This document shows positions 49,331 to 63,890 of a stretch of 64,000 nucleotides of DNA, one piece after another. The stretch's first letter is position 1. Every line of letters begins with the position of its first letter. Source of the stretch: Octopus sinensis (taxonomy: Eukaryota); assembly GCF_006345805.1 (NCBI RefSeq), contig NC_043000.1:25792001-25856000 (forward strand), given 5' to 3'. A model generated the notes under the pieces. The model had not been told where the DNA came from and ran no database searches. It saw only the letters and a program-made list of their open reading frames with translations. The translations under genes were made by a program, and so were the position numbers.

Positions 49331-50659
49331 GATATACATCGCTGGTTAAAAATAGAACCAATGAAGTAGCAAATCACTTTAATCAACTAAAAACACCTCC
49401 CTCCAAAATTCCTGGTCTTACACCCACATTAGATAGAAATCAATAAAGCGAAGACCCATCAATACATACCAGTAATATATTACAGATAATTCAACAAATT
49501 ATCCCCCCATCTGGCCCCACAAAAATATTTAAAACCCTTTCATCAATTCAAATGGTACCATTGTTGTTGAAAATAGATTCATTCATCAAAAGCATGTGTA
49601 CTTTTAAAGTTGGTTATTTACAAAATACTTAAATAATTTAGATATCAAAAAATAATGAAAAAAAAAATTGAAAATACAGCAAAAATAAATAAATTCTTCA
49701 AAAAATATTGAATAATAAAGAAAAAATACAAACAAATGCAGAATAAGAAAAGAAAAATAATGAAAAAATAATGAAAAAGATAAGAGTATAATTTGGAGCT
49801 TTCAAAATTGTTTTGCTAAATCCTGGAAAAGTAGGTTTCGGAGTTTGTAGAAAATAACCATTTCCATTCATTGATGTAATAAATGAATAAAGTATATGGA
49901 ATAAAAATAAGAAAATGATCAAAATAAATGTAGGAATAAATTTCAGTGAAATAAAATATTGGAAAAGAATAATAAAGTATATAAATTTAGAAAATGTAAT
50001 TTAAAAGAAAATTAATAAATACAATCCAGTGAAAGAAAATGAAAATAAGATGGTATAGAAATCAATAAATAAATAACATATGAGGAAATGAAATAAAAAA
50101 ACAATAAAAAATAATGGAATTCAAATAGAAAATGTATAAAATAGCAAAATATAAAATATATAAATTTTGGTAAAAAATATATAAATAGATAAAAAAATAA
50201 ATAAAATGTATATAGTGATAAAATATAAAATATATAAGATTAATAAAAAAAAATTAAATATATAGATTAATAAGATAAAAATAAAATAAATAAATTTCTT
50301 AAAAATAAATATAAAATATATAAATTTATATAATCAACATAAAATATGAGTAAATATAACAAATATACAATAATTTTTTTAAGTAACTGTAAAATATATA
50401 GACTAATAAAATAAATATGAAAGACATAATTTTTTTTCTTTGATAAACACAAAGTATATAAATTTATAAAATAAAACATAAAACATGTAAATTTATAAAA
50501 TAAAAATAAAATATATATCAACAAAAATTCTTGAAGGTGGTGCCCCAGCATGGCCGCAGTCTAATGACTGAAACAAGCAAAAGATGAAAGTAAGAGTAAA
50601 AGATAAAAGTAAACAAGAAAAAGATAAGTAATCTATAAAATGAACACAAAATAAGTCTA

Positions 50660-50705
<46 letters not shown>

Positions 50706-50896
50706 CACACATATATATAAATATATATATACATATAGATATATATACATGTATTTGTAATATATATATTATATATAGATATATATATATACATATATAT
50801 ATATAACATATATATCTTATATATACATACATATATATATATCTATATATATATATATATATATATAGATATAACACATAGATATCTATCTATTCT

Positions 50897-50968
<72 letters not shown>

Positions 50969-51539
50969 ATGTACATTTAATAGAACAAGCAGAAAAAATA
51001 TATAAATTTATAAAGATAAAATAAATATGGGAAAAATTAGAAATTAATTAAAAACTAATTAAAACGTGTCATATATATGAAATATAAGATAGACCATAAT
51101 ACAATGAAAATAAATATAAGTAGATAAAATAATATAGATTAATTACACACACACACACACAGACATATGGTATTCCGTCGGTTACGACGACGAGGGTTCC
51201 AGTTGATCCAATCAACAGAACAACCTGCTCGTTAATTTAATGTACAAGTGGCTGAGCACTCCACAGACACATGTACCCTTAACGTAGTTCTCAGGGAGAT
51301 TCAGCATGGCACAAAGTGTGACAAGGCTGGCCTTCCAAAATACAGTTACAACAGAAATAGGAAGAGAGTGTGTGAGAAAGTTGTGGTGAAAGAGTACAGC
51401 AGGATTCGCTAAACCCACCTGCTTGAGCCTCATAGGGCTGTAAGTGTTTTCGCTCAATAAACACTCGCAATGCCTTGATCTGGGGATCAAAATTGCGATC
51501 CTATGACCACAAGTCTGCTGCCCTCACCCCAGCCCATCA

Positions 51540-53580
51540 GGAATTACTGCAGAGATGCTCAAAATATCTGTCAGTGTTGGCATTAGCTTGGTCACCCATA
51601 TAGTTAACCAGGTGATACACAAAGGAGTCATACCCAATGACTGGTGTAGCAGCATAATAGTCAACTGCTACAAAGGAAAAGGTGGCGCTTTAGATACAAA
51701 TAATTACAGAGATATCAAGCTCTTGGATCAGGTAATGAAGATCACAGAGAGGGTCATAGTCCAACTAATTAGGGAGAGAGTCAGCTTGGATAAGATGCAG
51801 TTTGGTTTCGTGTCAGGGAAAAGTCCCACTGATGCTATATTTCTGGTTAGACAGCTGCAAGAGAAATACCTAGCCAAAGATAAGCCCCTGTACCTGGCTT
51901 TTGTTGACATGGAGAAAGCCTTTGACAGGGTCCCCCGATCCCTTATCTGGTGGTCATGAGGGAAACTAGGGATAGATGAATGGTTAGTGAGAGCTGTGCA
52001 AGCCATGTACAGGGATGCTGTCAGTAAGGTGAGGGTTGGCAATGAGTACAGTGAAGAATTCCGGGTAGAGGTAGGGGTCCACTAAGGTTCAGTCCTCAGC
52101 CCCCTCCTATTTATCATAGTCCTCCAGGCAATAACAGAGGAATTCAAGACAGGATGCCCCTGAGAGCTTCTCTATGCTGACGACCTAATTGCTGAGTCAC
52201 TAACAGAACTAGAGGAGAAGTTTCAAGTGTGGAAACAAGGATTAGAATCGAAGGGCCTTAGAGTCAACCTAGCTAAAACCAAAGTCCTTATAAGTAGGAA
52301 GGCAGGCAAACCACAAATCCCTTCAGGTAGATGGCCCTGCTCAATCTGTAGAAAAGGCTTAGGTAGAAACTCTATAAGATGTACCCAGTGTAAGCTATGG
52401 ACACATAAGAGGTGCAGTAATATCAAAGGAAGGCTAACTGGGAGGATAGTTTTCGTATTTGGCAGATGCTCGGTCGCTATAAATAACACAGAAAATGTGC
52501 AGAGAACAACTTCCGCCACATTCCAGGGAGAAAAACTAGAAGTAGTTGATAGCTTCCGTTACCTAGGTGACCAAGTCAGTAGCGGGGGAGGGTGCACTGA
52601 AAGTGTAGCTGCTAGAATAAGAATAGCCTGGGCTAAGTTCAGAGAGCTCTTACCTCTGCTGGTGACAAAGGGCCTCTTGCTCAGAGTAAAAGGTAGACTG
52701 TATCACACATGTGTATGAACAGCCATGCTACATGGCAGTGAAACATGGACTGTGACTGCTGAGGATATGCGTAAGCTCGCAAGGAATGAAGCTAGCATGC
52801 TCCGATGGATGTGTAATGTCAGTGTGCATACTCAACAGAGTGTTAGTGCCCTGAGAGTAATGCTGGACCTAAGAAGCATCAGATGTGGTGTGCAAGAGAG
52901 ATGACTGCATTGGTATGGTCATGTGGCGAGAATGGATGTGGATAGCTGTGTGAAAAAGTACCACACACTAGCAGTTGAGGAAACCTGTGGAAGAGGTAGA
53001 CCCAGGAAGACCTGGGATAAGGTGTGAAGCATGACCTTCAAACATTGGGCCTCACCGAGGCAATGACTAGTGACCGGGACCTCTGGAAATATGCTGTGCT
53101 TGAGAAGACTCGGCAAGCGCAAGTGTGACCATAACCTTGTGGCCTATGCTAGGGGTGTAACCAGTCCACTTATGCATGCCTTTTCTTCATTGGACACTAA
53201 ACTCTGCTTGCGAAGACCAGTTGAGGCAAGTGAAATCGAAGTCAAAATCAAACTCGGTGACTGGCATCCATTGCTAGTGGAGCACTAAGAGTACCATACG
53301 AGTGAGATCATTGCTATTCGAGCGTGATCGTTACCGCATCGCCTTATTAGCACTTGTGCTGGTGGCATGTGAAATATTCGATCGAGGTCGTCGCCAGTGC
53401 CGCTGGACTGGCTCCTGTGCAGGTGGCACATAAAAAGCACCATTTGGGCGTGGCTGTTGCCAGAACCACCAAACTGGCCCTCATGCCGGTGACACGTAAA
53501 AGCACCCACTACACTCTCAGAGTGGTTGGCGTTAGGAAGGGCATCCAGCTGTAGAAACTCTGCCAGATCAGATTGGAGTC
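51540..53580 (+). mobile_element. 5'-truncated RTE-clade LINE, about 2 kb, decayed RT
   Basis: YKGKG..NNYRDIKLL, MQFGFV, AFVDMEKAFDRV, LYADDL, FRYLGD; several stops; PHD-like Cys/His insert at 52338-52469. Confidence 0.9.
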
Positions 53581-54712
53581 TGATATATATACATATATAT
53601 ATATATTGAAACTGCTATCTTATAATCATGAGGGTAACATCCTAACCATTAGGCCACAAGCAGAAAAAAAAAGCCTTTTCTTTCCATACAGAGAAACTAG
53701 ATGTTGGTGTCTTTTCACAAGAGTTGGTGGAATAAAAACAGAGAATTTGTTATATTAACCTTTTAGCATTTAGATTTTTCTGTTAAATATAAAGCTTATT
53801 TATTCACATTGTTTTGAATTAATCATGAATTATCTCGTAGCTTTGAGATTTCAAAGATGTGATTGTTTTGCTTTTAGAATGACATTGACGTGTAAGTGTA
53901 AGAGGCTGGATCTGGTTAGCTTGACATAGAACTGGTAGAATATTTTAGCCTAATATGTGTGATAGGAAGCTTGCTTCCCAACCACATGGTTCTGAGTTCA
54001 GTCCCACTGTGTGCCACCATGAGTAAGTGTCTTCTACTATAGTCTCAGGCCAACCAAAACTTTGTGAGTTGATTTGGTAGGTGGAAACTTAAAGAAGCCC
54101 ATCATATATATATATATGTATGTCTCCTACACCATCAGTTGACAACTAATGCTGGTGTGTTTACGTCCCGTAACCTAGCAGTTCAGCAAAAGAACCCGAT
54201 ATAATAAGTAGTAGGCACAGGAGTGGCTGTGTGGTAAGTAGCTTGCTTACAAACCACATGGTTCCAGGTTCATTCCCACTGCATGGCACCTTGGACAAGT
54301 GTCCTCTACTCTAGCCTCAGGCCAACCAAAGCCTTGTGAGTGGATTTGGTAGACGGAAAGAAGCCCGTCGTATATATGTATATGTATGTATTTGTGTGTG
54401 TGTTTGTCCCCCCAACATCGCTTGACATCCGATGTTGGTGTGTTTACGTCCCTGTCACCTGCGATTCGGCAAGAGAGACCGATACAATAAGTACTAGGCT
54501 TACAAAGAATAAGTCCTGGGGTCAATTTGCTCAACTAAAGGCAGTGCTCCAGCATGGCCACAGTGAAATGACTGAAACAAGTAAAAGAGAGGATAAGAGA
54601 GGCTTACAAAGAATAAGTCCTAGGGTTAGTTTGTTCGGCTAAAGGTGGTGCTCCAGCATGGCCACTGACAATAAAACTCTGGGCTTGGTTCCACACACAC
54701 ACACACACACAT

Positions 54713-54747
<35 letters not shown>

Positions 54748-55165
54748 TGCACACACACACACAGAAACACACTCGCACACACAAAATGGGTGTCGATACA
54801 GTTTATTTCTATCCAATTCCACTCAAAAAGTTGGTCGGCTGGAGGCAGGTTGTAGAAGATCAAGGTGTGTTGTTGTGAGACTAAATCAGAAACCCCAAAG
54901 TTGTACACCAAACTTCTTAACCTCACATCTGAGGAAAACCAAAAACAAAAAAACAGCAGGAGTCGTGCATGGTAAGAATGCCTTTGATCATCAGCCTGCT
55001 CAGACAAACCTGGCCTAGGGCTAAACAGGTAATATATAAATTAATGTGGAAAATATTAAAAAACAAAGTAAAAAGTTATAATAATGAAGTAAACAAATAA
55101 CATTGGAAAAAAAAACATAAATAACTGTAAATCAAAATAATGTTTTCTTTGTAAAAAAAAAGATA

Positions 55166-55530
55166 GCGCAGGAGTGGCTGTGTGGTAAGTAGCTTGCTAA
55201 CCAACCCATGGTTCCGGGTTCAGTCCCACTGCGTGGCATCTGGGCAAGTGTCTTCTGCTAAGCCCGGGCTGACCAATGCCTTGTGAGGGATTTGGTAGAC
55301 GGAAACTGAAAGAAGCCTGTCGTATATATGTATATATATGTGTGTGTGTGTTGTGTGTCTGTATTTGTCCCCTAGCATTTATGTCCCCGTCACTTAGCGG
55401 TTCGGCAAAAGAGACCGATAGAATAAGTACTGGGCTTACAAAGAATAAGTCCCGGGTCGATTTGCTCGACTAAAAGCGTGCTCCAGCATGGCCGCAGTCA
55501 AAGACTGAAACAAGTAAAAGAGTAAAGAGT
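55166..55530 (+). mobile_element. Complete SINE family A
   Basis: tRNA-like head and full body. Confidence 0.85.
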
Positions 55531-55743
55531 ATAGGTAAGAAAAAAAATATAAAAAAAGAAAACAAGAGAAAAATACACTACAAACGGTAAACAAGTGAAA
55601 TGAGAAACAACTACAGGAGACTGTATGAACTCAATATACAAGGAGGGAACATGAAAATAATATGTGTGTGTGTGTATGTAAGTGTATGTGTGTGTGTGTG
55701 TAAGTGTATGTATGTGTGTGGGGTAAATATACATATAAATCTA

Positions 55744-55833
<90 letters not shown>

Positions 55834-56089
55834 CTATATATATATATATATATGTATAGATAAATATATATATATATATATATATATATCATCCATCATC
55901 AATGTATATATTATATATATATATATGTGCATGCATATATATGTATGTATATATATACATAATAGTTATATGTATATGTATATATATAGATATGCATATA
56001 TACATATATATGTATATAGACATACATGTATACGGAAGTGTGCGTGTGTGTATATATATGTGTAAGCCTGTATGAAATTATATTATATC

Positions 56090-56167
<78 letters not shown>

Positions 56168-56234
56168 TCATACAGACTTACACACACATACACACAGAAA
56201 CAAAGATAGTCATCTCCTCTCTTCTTAACACACA

Positions 56235-56309
<75 letters not shown>

Positions 56310-56438
56310 CATATAATAAATACATGCACACAACACACACATATATACATATAAATAGACACAGATGCATACATATACATACATATATATATGTGTGTGT
56401 GTGGATATGTATGTGTTTCTATGTGTCTATTGTGTGTG

Positions 56439-56474
<36 letters not shown>

Positions 56475-56495
56475 ATAAGTGTGTGTGTACAATAC

Positions 56496-56545
56496 CAAAA
56501 GATAATAGAGCTGACTAAATTAATGAGAGATGCTGAGATAGGAGA
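56496..56545 (-). other. Candidate 50-nt exon (SPISASLINLVSSIIF)
   Basis: Long polypyrimidine acceptor gttctcttgttgctttgatttctcttcag|, donor |gtattg; only one open frame. Confidence 0.3.
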
Positions 56546-56954
56546 CTGAAGAGAAATCAAAGCAACAAGAGAACTTCAAATTTTACAGACTTCGTTTTAA
56601 ATACAATCTAATTGAAAAATTATAAATTGAACACACACATCTCTCTCTCTCTCCCTCTCTCCCCCCTCCTTCCCGCTCTCTCTCCTCTTCTCTTGCTTTC
56701 TTCCTCACACACATTCACAGATACATGTGTGTGTGTGTGAAAGTGGGTATCTCCTATTCCTCTGAATTCACACACATACTTTCTCTTTCTCCCTCTTACT
56801 CACTCTCTCTCTCTCTCACATACACACATACATACAATCTGCTGCCTTTCTACCTGTCTCTCTTTCCCTCTCTTTCTCCCTTTCTCGCTCTCTCTCTCTC
56901 TCGCTTTCTCTTTCATACACCTAATTCTCTACTACTCAAAACCCTATTATATAT

Positions 56955-56998
<44 letters not shown>

Positions 56999-57209
56999 TC
57001 TTTCCCTTCTTCTAAATTAATACACACACAAAATATTTATACACACACATGCCACATAAACTCACATCATCTTTCACATAGTCACTTTTATATTGAACTT
57101 GTATACATTTATAAACACACATGAATGTATGCATACAAGCATGCATAGATACATATATACACATATGTATCATATATACATAATATATATATATATATAT
57201 CTTTCTCTT

Positions 57210-57419
57210 TTTTCTCTTTTACTTGTTTCAGTCATTTGACTGCGGCCATGCTGGAGCACTGCCTTTAGTCAAGCAAATCGACCCCAGGACTTATTCTTTG
57301 TAAGCCTAGTACTTATTCTATCAGTCTCTTTGCTGAACCGCTAAGTTACGGGGGCCTAAACACACCAGCATCGGTTGTCAAGCGATGTTGGGGGGACAAA
57401 CACAGACACACAAGCATAT

Positions 57420-57451
<32 letters not shown>

Positions 57452-58230
57452 CATCATCATCATCATCATCATCGTTTAACGTCCGTTTTCCATGCTAGCA
57501 TGGGTTGGACGGTTCGACCGGGGATCTGGGAAGCCAGAAGGCTGCACCAGGCTCCGGTCTTATCTGGCAAAGTTTCTACAGCTGGATGCCCTTCCTAATG
57601 CCAACCACTCCGAGAGTGTAGTGGGTGCTTTTTACATGCCACCTGCACTGGTGCCAGGCGAGGCTGGCATCGGCCACGGTCGGATTGGTGCATTTTACGT
57701 GCCACCTGCACGGAAGCCAGTCGAGGCAGCACTGGCTTCGGCCACAATTCGGATGGTGCTTTTTACGTGCCACCGACACGGAAGCCAGTCGAAGTGGCGC
57801 TGGCATTGGCCACAATTCGGATAGTGCTTTTTACGTATCTCCAGTCCAGGGTTCCTGGCATCTGCCGGGTGCCAGTCATAGGATTGGTTCAATTTCGATT
57901 CCGATTTCGATTTCACTTGCCCCAACAGGTCTTCACAAGCAAAGGGAGGTTGGCATAGATGCCTGTCATCGGATGAGGTTCGATATCGACTTCGCTTGCC
58001 TCAACTGGTCTTTGTGTGTCCAAGGGAGGAAAGGCATGCATAAGTGAGCTGGACTCATATATATATACATATATACGACAGGCTTCTTTCAGTTTCCATC
58101 TACCAAATCCACTCACAAGGCTTTGATCAAACCAAGGCTATAGTAGAAGACACTTGCCCAAGGTGCTACGCAGTGGGACTGAACCTGGAACCATGTGGTT
58201 CGTAAGCAAGCTACTTACCACACAGCCACT
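57210..58230 (-). mobile_element. SINE family A with an RTE 3' UTR (about 57450-58040) nested in its internal microsatellite
   Basis: SINE halves at 57210-57420 and 58075-58230 flank a (CAT)n-tailed insert. Confidence 0.8.
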
Positions 58231-58235
58231 CTTAC

Positions 58236-58282
<47 letters not shown>

Positions 58283-59252
58283 TACACTGATATATATATT
58301 CATACATTCATTCACACATACATACATAGTTATATACTTATATACATGCAAAGTCATACACATACACATATACACATACATAAACACACACACACAAACT
58401 ATCTTTAAAGTATACAAACATACATATACACATGACCTTTTGCATTCACCCTATTTCTCTCTCCCTCTGTCCTTCCCTCTCTCTGTTCCTCCCTTTCTCT
58501 GCTCCTCTCTCTCTTTCTCTCATTGTCACCCTCTCTCATCATCTCTCTCTCTCTCTCTCTCCCTGTCGCTTCCTCCACTCTCTCCCCATCCCTCCCCTCT
58601 CTCTCTCCTTCTCTCACCCTATCTCTTCCTCCCATCTCTCTCACCTGCTCGCATCTCTCCCTCCCTCTCCCACAATTTCTCTCTCCTCTCTTTCTCTCCC
58701 CTCCACTCCCCCTCTCTCTTTCACACTCACAGAACACTAACCACCACCACCTCTGCCACCATCTTTACCACCCCTCCCCCCTCATTATTTAACAAAATTC
58801 AGAAGTGAAGAAGACTGTTCAACGATACAAGGTTTAGACATAAACCATTAACAACACCTTAATTTCATTTATTGCTGCTGCTGCTACTACTGCTGCTGCT
58901 TTCTTGGTTGTTGTTGTTGTTGTTGCTGTAAATTTTATTTATTGATCACTCCAAAAGGAAATCAGCAAGTTGATCAGAAGGAAAAGAGAAGGGGTGGTGA
59001 GGCGGTGGGGTGGGGCAGAAGCAGGGAGGATCAAGGAATTTGATCAACAGACATTAAATGTGAACTTCCTCAGAGATTGCCAAGGTTTCTGGAGAACCCT
59101 ACACCGATCCTGGAATGGGAACTTTTGAAGCTAAAGTGAATATGTGCATTTATACACACATACATACATTTACACATAGACAGGCATGCATATACATATG
59201 TACATAATCACAAGCATACACACATACATATATATGTGTGTGTAGTATATAA

Positions 59253-59297
<45 letters not shown>

Positions 59298-59337
59298 CGT
59301 ATATATATATACATATAATAATATATATAATATATAT

Positions 59338-59368
<31 letters not shown>

Positions 59369-59386
59369 TATATGTATATATATATG

Positions 59387-59431
<45 letters not shown>

Positions 59432-59432
<1 letters not shown>

Positions 59433-59815
59433 CTCTCTCTATATAAACGGCAGTTGTCTGTGTGCGTGTCTGTGTGTCTGTTTGCTTGTACCCTCACCCT
59501 GACCACGGCTTTCAACCGATTCTGATGAAACTTGACACACACATAGCCCAATGTCATAATTCAAAAAAAGCAGCGAAAATTTTGAAAAGTTCCCCCAGTT
59601 CTGAAAAAAATCGATATAAATTCGACATGGGGTCGAGAATCAGAAAACACAAACCGCACAAACTGTCTAGGGGACGCAACTCAACCTTTTTTACTCTCAA
59701 AAAAAAATTTACCATCATTTTTTTCCATTTTTGCTACTTTTTGGCTATAACTCTCTAAAAATGATTTATAGTTATTTCCCTACAAACCCGATGCAACGCC
59801 GGGCGATACTGCTAG
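59432..59815 (+). mobile_element. Non-autonomous Helitron, 384 bp
   Basis: A|TC 5' end, 3' hairpin CCCG..GCAACGCCGGG, CTAG|T terminus, no TSD. Confidence 0.8.
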
Positions 59816-59843
59816 TATATATATATATGTATATGTATATATA

Positions 59844-59933
<90 letters not shown>

Positions 59934-59968
59934 ATATAGGAAAAAAGCAACAAGAATGGATTAAAATC

Positions 59969-60052
59969 TCGGTACAATCGTTTCATACGAGGACATCTTT
60001 AATAAGCTACAAAAAATGCAGTGAATACAGATGGCTCGTACTCGTCTGCCGA
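59969..60052 (-). ncRNA. Decayed hammerhead motif
   Basis: tcgg CAGACGA GTACGAG...CTCGTAT GAAAC GATT GTA ccga; one core substitution. Confidence 0.5.
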
Positions 60053-60285
60053 AAAAACATCAGAGAATTCCCAAACATCAAAAGGGGTAGATACAAAAGA
60101 GGGTGTAAGATTAACTGCATATATGTATATATATATATATCATAACATACACACAAACACACACACATTCAGTAATTTATTGCTTATAGTTGAACCTACA
60201 TACACTCATATATTATATATATATATACATACGCATACACATTACATGTGTGTGTAAGTTTATGTGTATTTGTACATATACACAA

Positions 60286-60316
<31 letters not shown>

Positions 60317-60343
60317 CGTTTATATACATATATACATATATAT

Positions 60344-60757
60344 AGGCACAGGAGTGGCTGTATAGTAAGTAGCTTGCTTACCAACTGCATGGTTCTGGGT
60401 TCAGTCCCGCTGTGTGGTACCTTGGATAAGTCTCTTCTACTATAGCCTCGGGGCGACCAAAGCCTTGTGAGTGGATTTGGTAGATGGAAACTAAAAGAAG
60501 CCTGTCATATATATGTATATATATATAGATATGTATGTGTGTATATGTTTATGTGCCTGTGTTTGTCCCCCCAACGTCGCTTGACAATTGATGGTGGTGT
60601 GTTTACGTCCCGTAACTTAGCAGTGTGGCAAAAGAGACCAATAGAATAAGTACTAGGCTTACAAAGAATAAGTCCTGGGGTCAATTTGCTCGACTAAAGG
60701 CAGTGCTCCAGTATGGCCACAGTCAAATGACTGAATCAAGTAAAAGAGTAAAAGAGT
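60344..60757 (+). mobile_element. Complete SINE family A
   Basis: tRNA-like head and full body. Confidence 0.88.
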
Positions 60758-62572
60758 ATATATGTACACACACACATACACACGTATATATATATGTATA
60801 CATATATGTTATTATATACTTATGTTCATGTTTGCATATATTTATGTTTATACGTGTATGTATGTACACATACACACACACACACATACATACATACATA
60901 TATTTAAGATGTATGACCTTACAGTATACAAAACCCATTTCAATACTTATCGTATCTCATCAGAGATCAGAACTAAGTAAAAACCAAAAATTATACGCCG
61001 TATTTATATAGGCCAATATTTTTTTTCTTGAAATTTAGTAAACAAAAAACCCATATAAAAATAAAAGAAACTGCTTAAAAGAAATTACTGGAAGGTTAGC
61101 AGAACAAAATCAATATTTTAGATGCCAGTTAAGATAATCGTGGTATTTTCTAACTGAATTTTTTAGATGTCAATGGTGGAATCTAAGAGAAAGAAAATGT
61201 CTGGTTCAACTGTTTTGGTTATTAGGATCAGAAAGACAAAAAGCCAAGTGAAGTCTCAAGGCTTAGAAGTCATAAAAATGATTCCCCAGTTTCCATGGCA
61301 ATAATGATGTTTGTCATTCATATCCCTAAAGATGATCAAATTAGGTCTTTGTGAACCCTAATGGGAATTATTAGGCCAATATAGGTTTCTAATTTTGACA
61401 CAAGGCCAGCAAGTTCAAGGAAGGGTGTAAATCGATTATATAAGCCCCAGTGTTTAACTGGTACTTATTTTATTGACATCATGCTGGTTCTGTGCCCCTC
61501 ATATGTCCACAAACACTCTCTAAGCTTTCCTATCACCTCTAACCACCAAAGGTTTTTTCACTCCATCCATCTACACAAACCAAGGTCTGCCTCTGGTTCT
61601 GCTACCTGCCACTTCTGCCTTCATCACTCTCCTTATCCGTCCACTCCTCATCCATCCTCTCCATGTGGCCAAACCACCTCAACATTCATCTATCCATTTT
61701 GGCTGTTAGTTTTTCTCTCATTCCTGCTCAAAGGGGTACGGAACCAGCATGATGCAGTGGGAGTAAACCTGCATATGCTGTCAGGCCCCGCTGCTGATAC
61801 TGGGAGCAACTTCCGGGGCTCACCTCTTTGAGGTGGGAAATGAATAGAACACTTGGTGTGTGTCATGTTACGGCTACCCACTCCTAAAAAAAATGGGGAA
61901 TAGGTCTGGGTATATGTATGTATTTTATTGACCTTAAAAGGATGAAAAGAAAAATCAACCTTGGTAAAATTTGAACTCAGAATATAAAGACGGACAAAAT
62001 GCTGTGAAGAATTTTACCAAGTCTGCTAACAATCCTACCAGTTCACCACTTGGATTTTAGACCAATATTGGTATGAAGCTCATAGAGAGGCATGTAATGG
62101 CAGAATTATGACCTGGTAGAGCCAAAACTTAACCACTTCTAACATTTTTGAATAAGGAAACTCACCTCATTGAAAAAAATATAAAGCAAAACCTAACCAC
62201 TTGTAACATTCTATTCCTTCTAAACCAAATCATGTTAAATTAATCAAACCTAGTCATTCCCAACATTTTTTATTATCTCTTTTATACCGGAAAACATCCC
62301 TGATTACCTTCTCCTGCCTGGAACTCCATTTTTCACAACATAGCGAAGACATGACACAATATAGGAAAAAAATTTGAGAAATTTGAAAAGAAAATACGAA
62401 ACCGATTATTTCTCCAAAAACTATGCTACTATATGCAAAATTTTATAACATTTTTCTAACATAACGATTTAAATATATTCTTTAACCATATAACACAAGC
62501 CTTCTGTAGTTTTTCACTCTTTTTTGTCTTTTATACATCCAACCACATGATTTCACATACCAACTCTCTCAA

Positions 62573-62619
<47 letters not shown>

Positions 62620-63424
62620 CTAATCTAAGGGGCATAACTCTAATAGGCTTAAAAGATGACTTTTTCTTTTTCTTTTCTATTTGTTTTATTATCTATAAGT
62701 TTCATTCTGTTCTTTTTTATATCTCTGAGACCCAAAAACTAGACATGGTTGTTTCAAGCCTCCAATAATAAAAGAGCTCAATCTATACTCTTCCACTGAA
62801 TTATGTCCGATGATTGTTTATTTACCTTTCCACACTTTAAAAGTAGTTACATCAATGGTAATAGTCATGGCGGTGGTTGTGGTGGTGGTCATGGTCGTGG
62901 ATGCCATTGTGGTCATGGTAATGAAGGTAATGATTAATGAGCATAGTTTAGGTGATTGCAATGTTGATGGTGAGACACAACCATCCATCACTGGCTCTTC
63001 CCTTTCCTAGCAGTTAAGTAGCAGTCATCAGTGTCTCTCTCCCATTACTCCCTACCATGACAGTCTCTCTTTTCTTATTCTTTCCAGTATTGGCTTTCCC
63101 ATTACTCCTTCCTCTACAATACTCACAACCCACTCTCCTCTTGTCTCAGTCTCTGTCTCCATTTCATCTGCCATTGCCCTCCCTGCTCTTCACTCTTCTG
63201 ATCATGTGGCTTCGAATAAAATGAAGCTGCATAGAATACTGAGGACTCATTGATCCTGAGATGTGCCAGACAACCTCAATAATGCTGGTGCCACAATAAA
63301 ATGCAAACAGTATCACTATCATTATCATTTACTGTCCGTTTTCCGTGCTGGCATGGGTTGGATATTTTGACAGGAGCTGGCCAGCCAGGGACCTGTCCAC
63401 ACTCCTATTTGTTGTGGCATAGTT

Positions 63425-63890
63425 TCTTATTTCTTTACTGCCTACAAGGAGCTACACACAGAGGGAGCAAACAAGGACAGACACATGGATTAAGTCAATT
63501 ATATCGACCTCAGTGCATAACTGGTACTTAATTTACCAACCCCGAAAGGATGAAAGGCAAAGTTAACCTTGGCAGAATTTGAACTCAGAATGTAGTGGCA
63601 GATGAAATACCACCAAGTATTTCGCCCGACTTGCTAATGTTTCTGCCAGCTCGCCACCTCAGTAACTATTCTAACATTCTTTTCTACTCTAGGCACGAGG
63701 CCCGAAATTTTTGGGGAGGGGGCCAGTCGATTAAATTGACCCCAGTATGCAACTGGTACTTAATTTATCGACCCAGAAAGGATGAAAGGCAAAGTCGACC
63801 TCAGAGGAATTTAAACTCAGAACATAGTGGCAGACGAAATACCACCAAGTATTTCGCCCGACTTGCTAATGTTTCTGCCAGCTCACTTGC
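63425..63890 (-). mobile_element. Cluster of SINE family B copies
   Basis: Two GAAAGGATGAAAGGCAAAGT cores, each followed by the reverse-complemented head. Confidence 0.8.

Noticed and set aside
48710-49386. Long poly-Thr, poly-Val and Gly-rich ORFs (also 31218-31547 and 41838-42266)
   Set aside because: Trinucleotide repeats stay open in several frames on both strands.
54810-54975. Open frame ending in a GTAAGA donor
   Set aside because: The first part is a decayed reverse-complement SINE A segment.
59522-59531. CTGATGAAAC, apparent hammerhead core
   Set aside because: No room for stem II and no stem III; internal Helitron sequence.
61167-61305. Strong acceptor followed by a 45-aa frame
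   Set aside because: No convincing donor and competing open frames; not supportable without RNA data.
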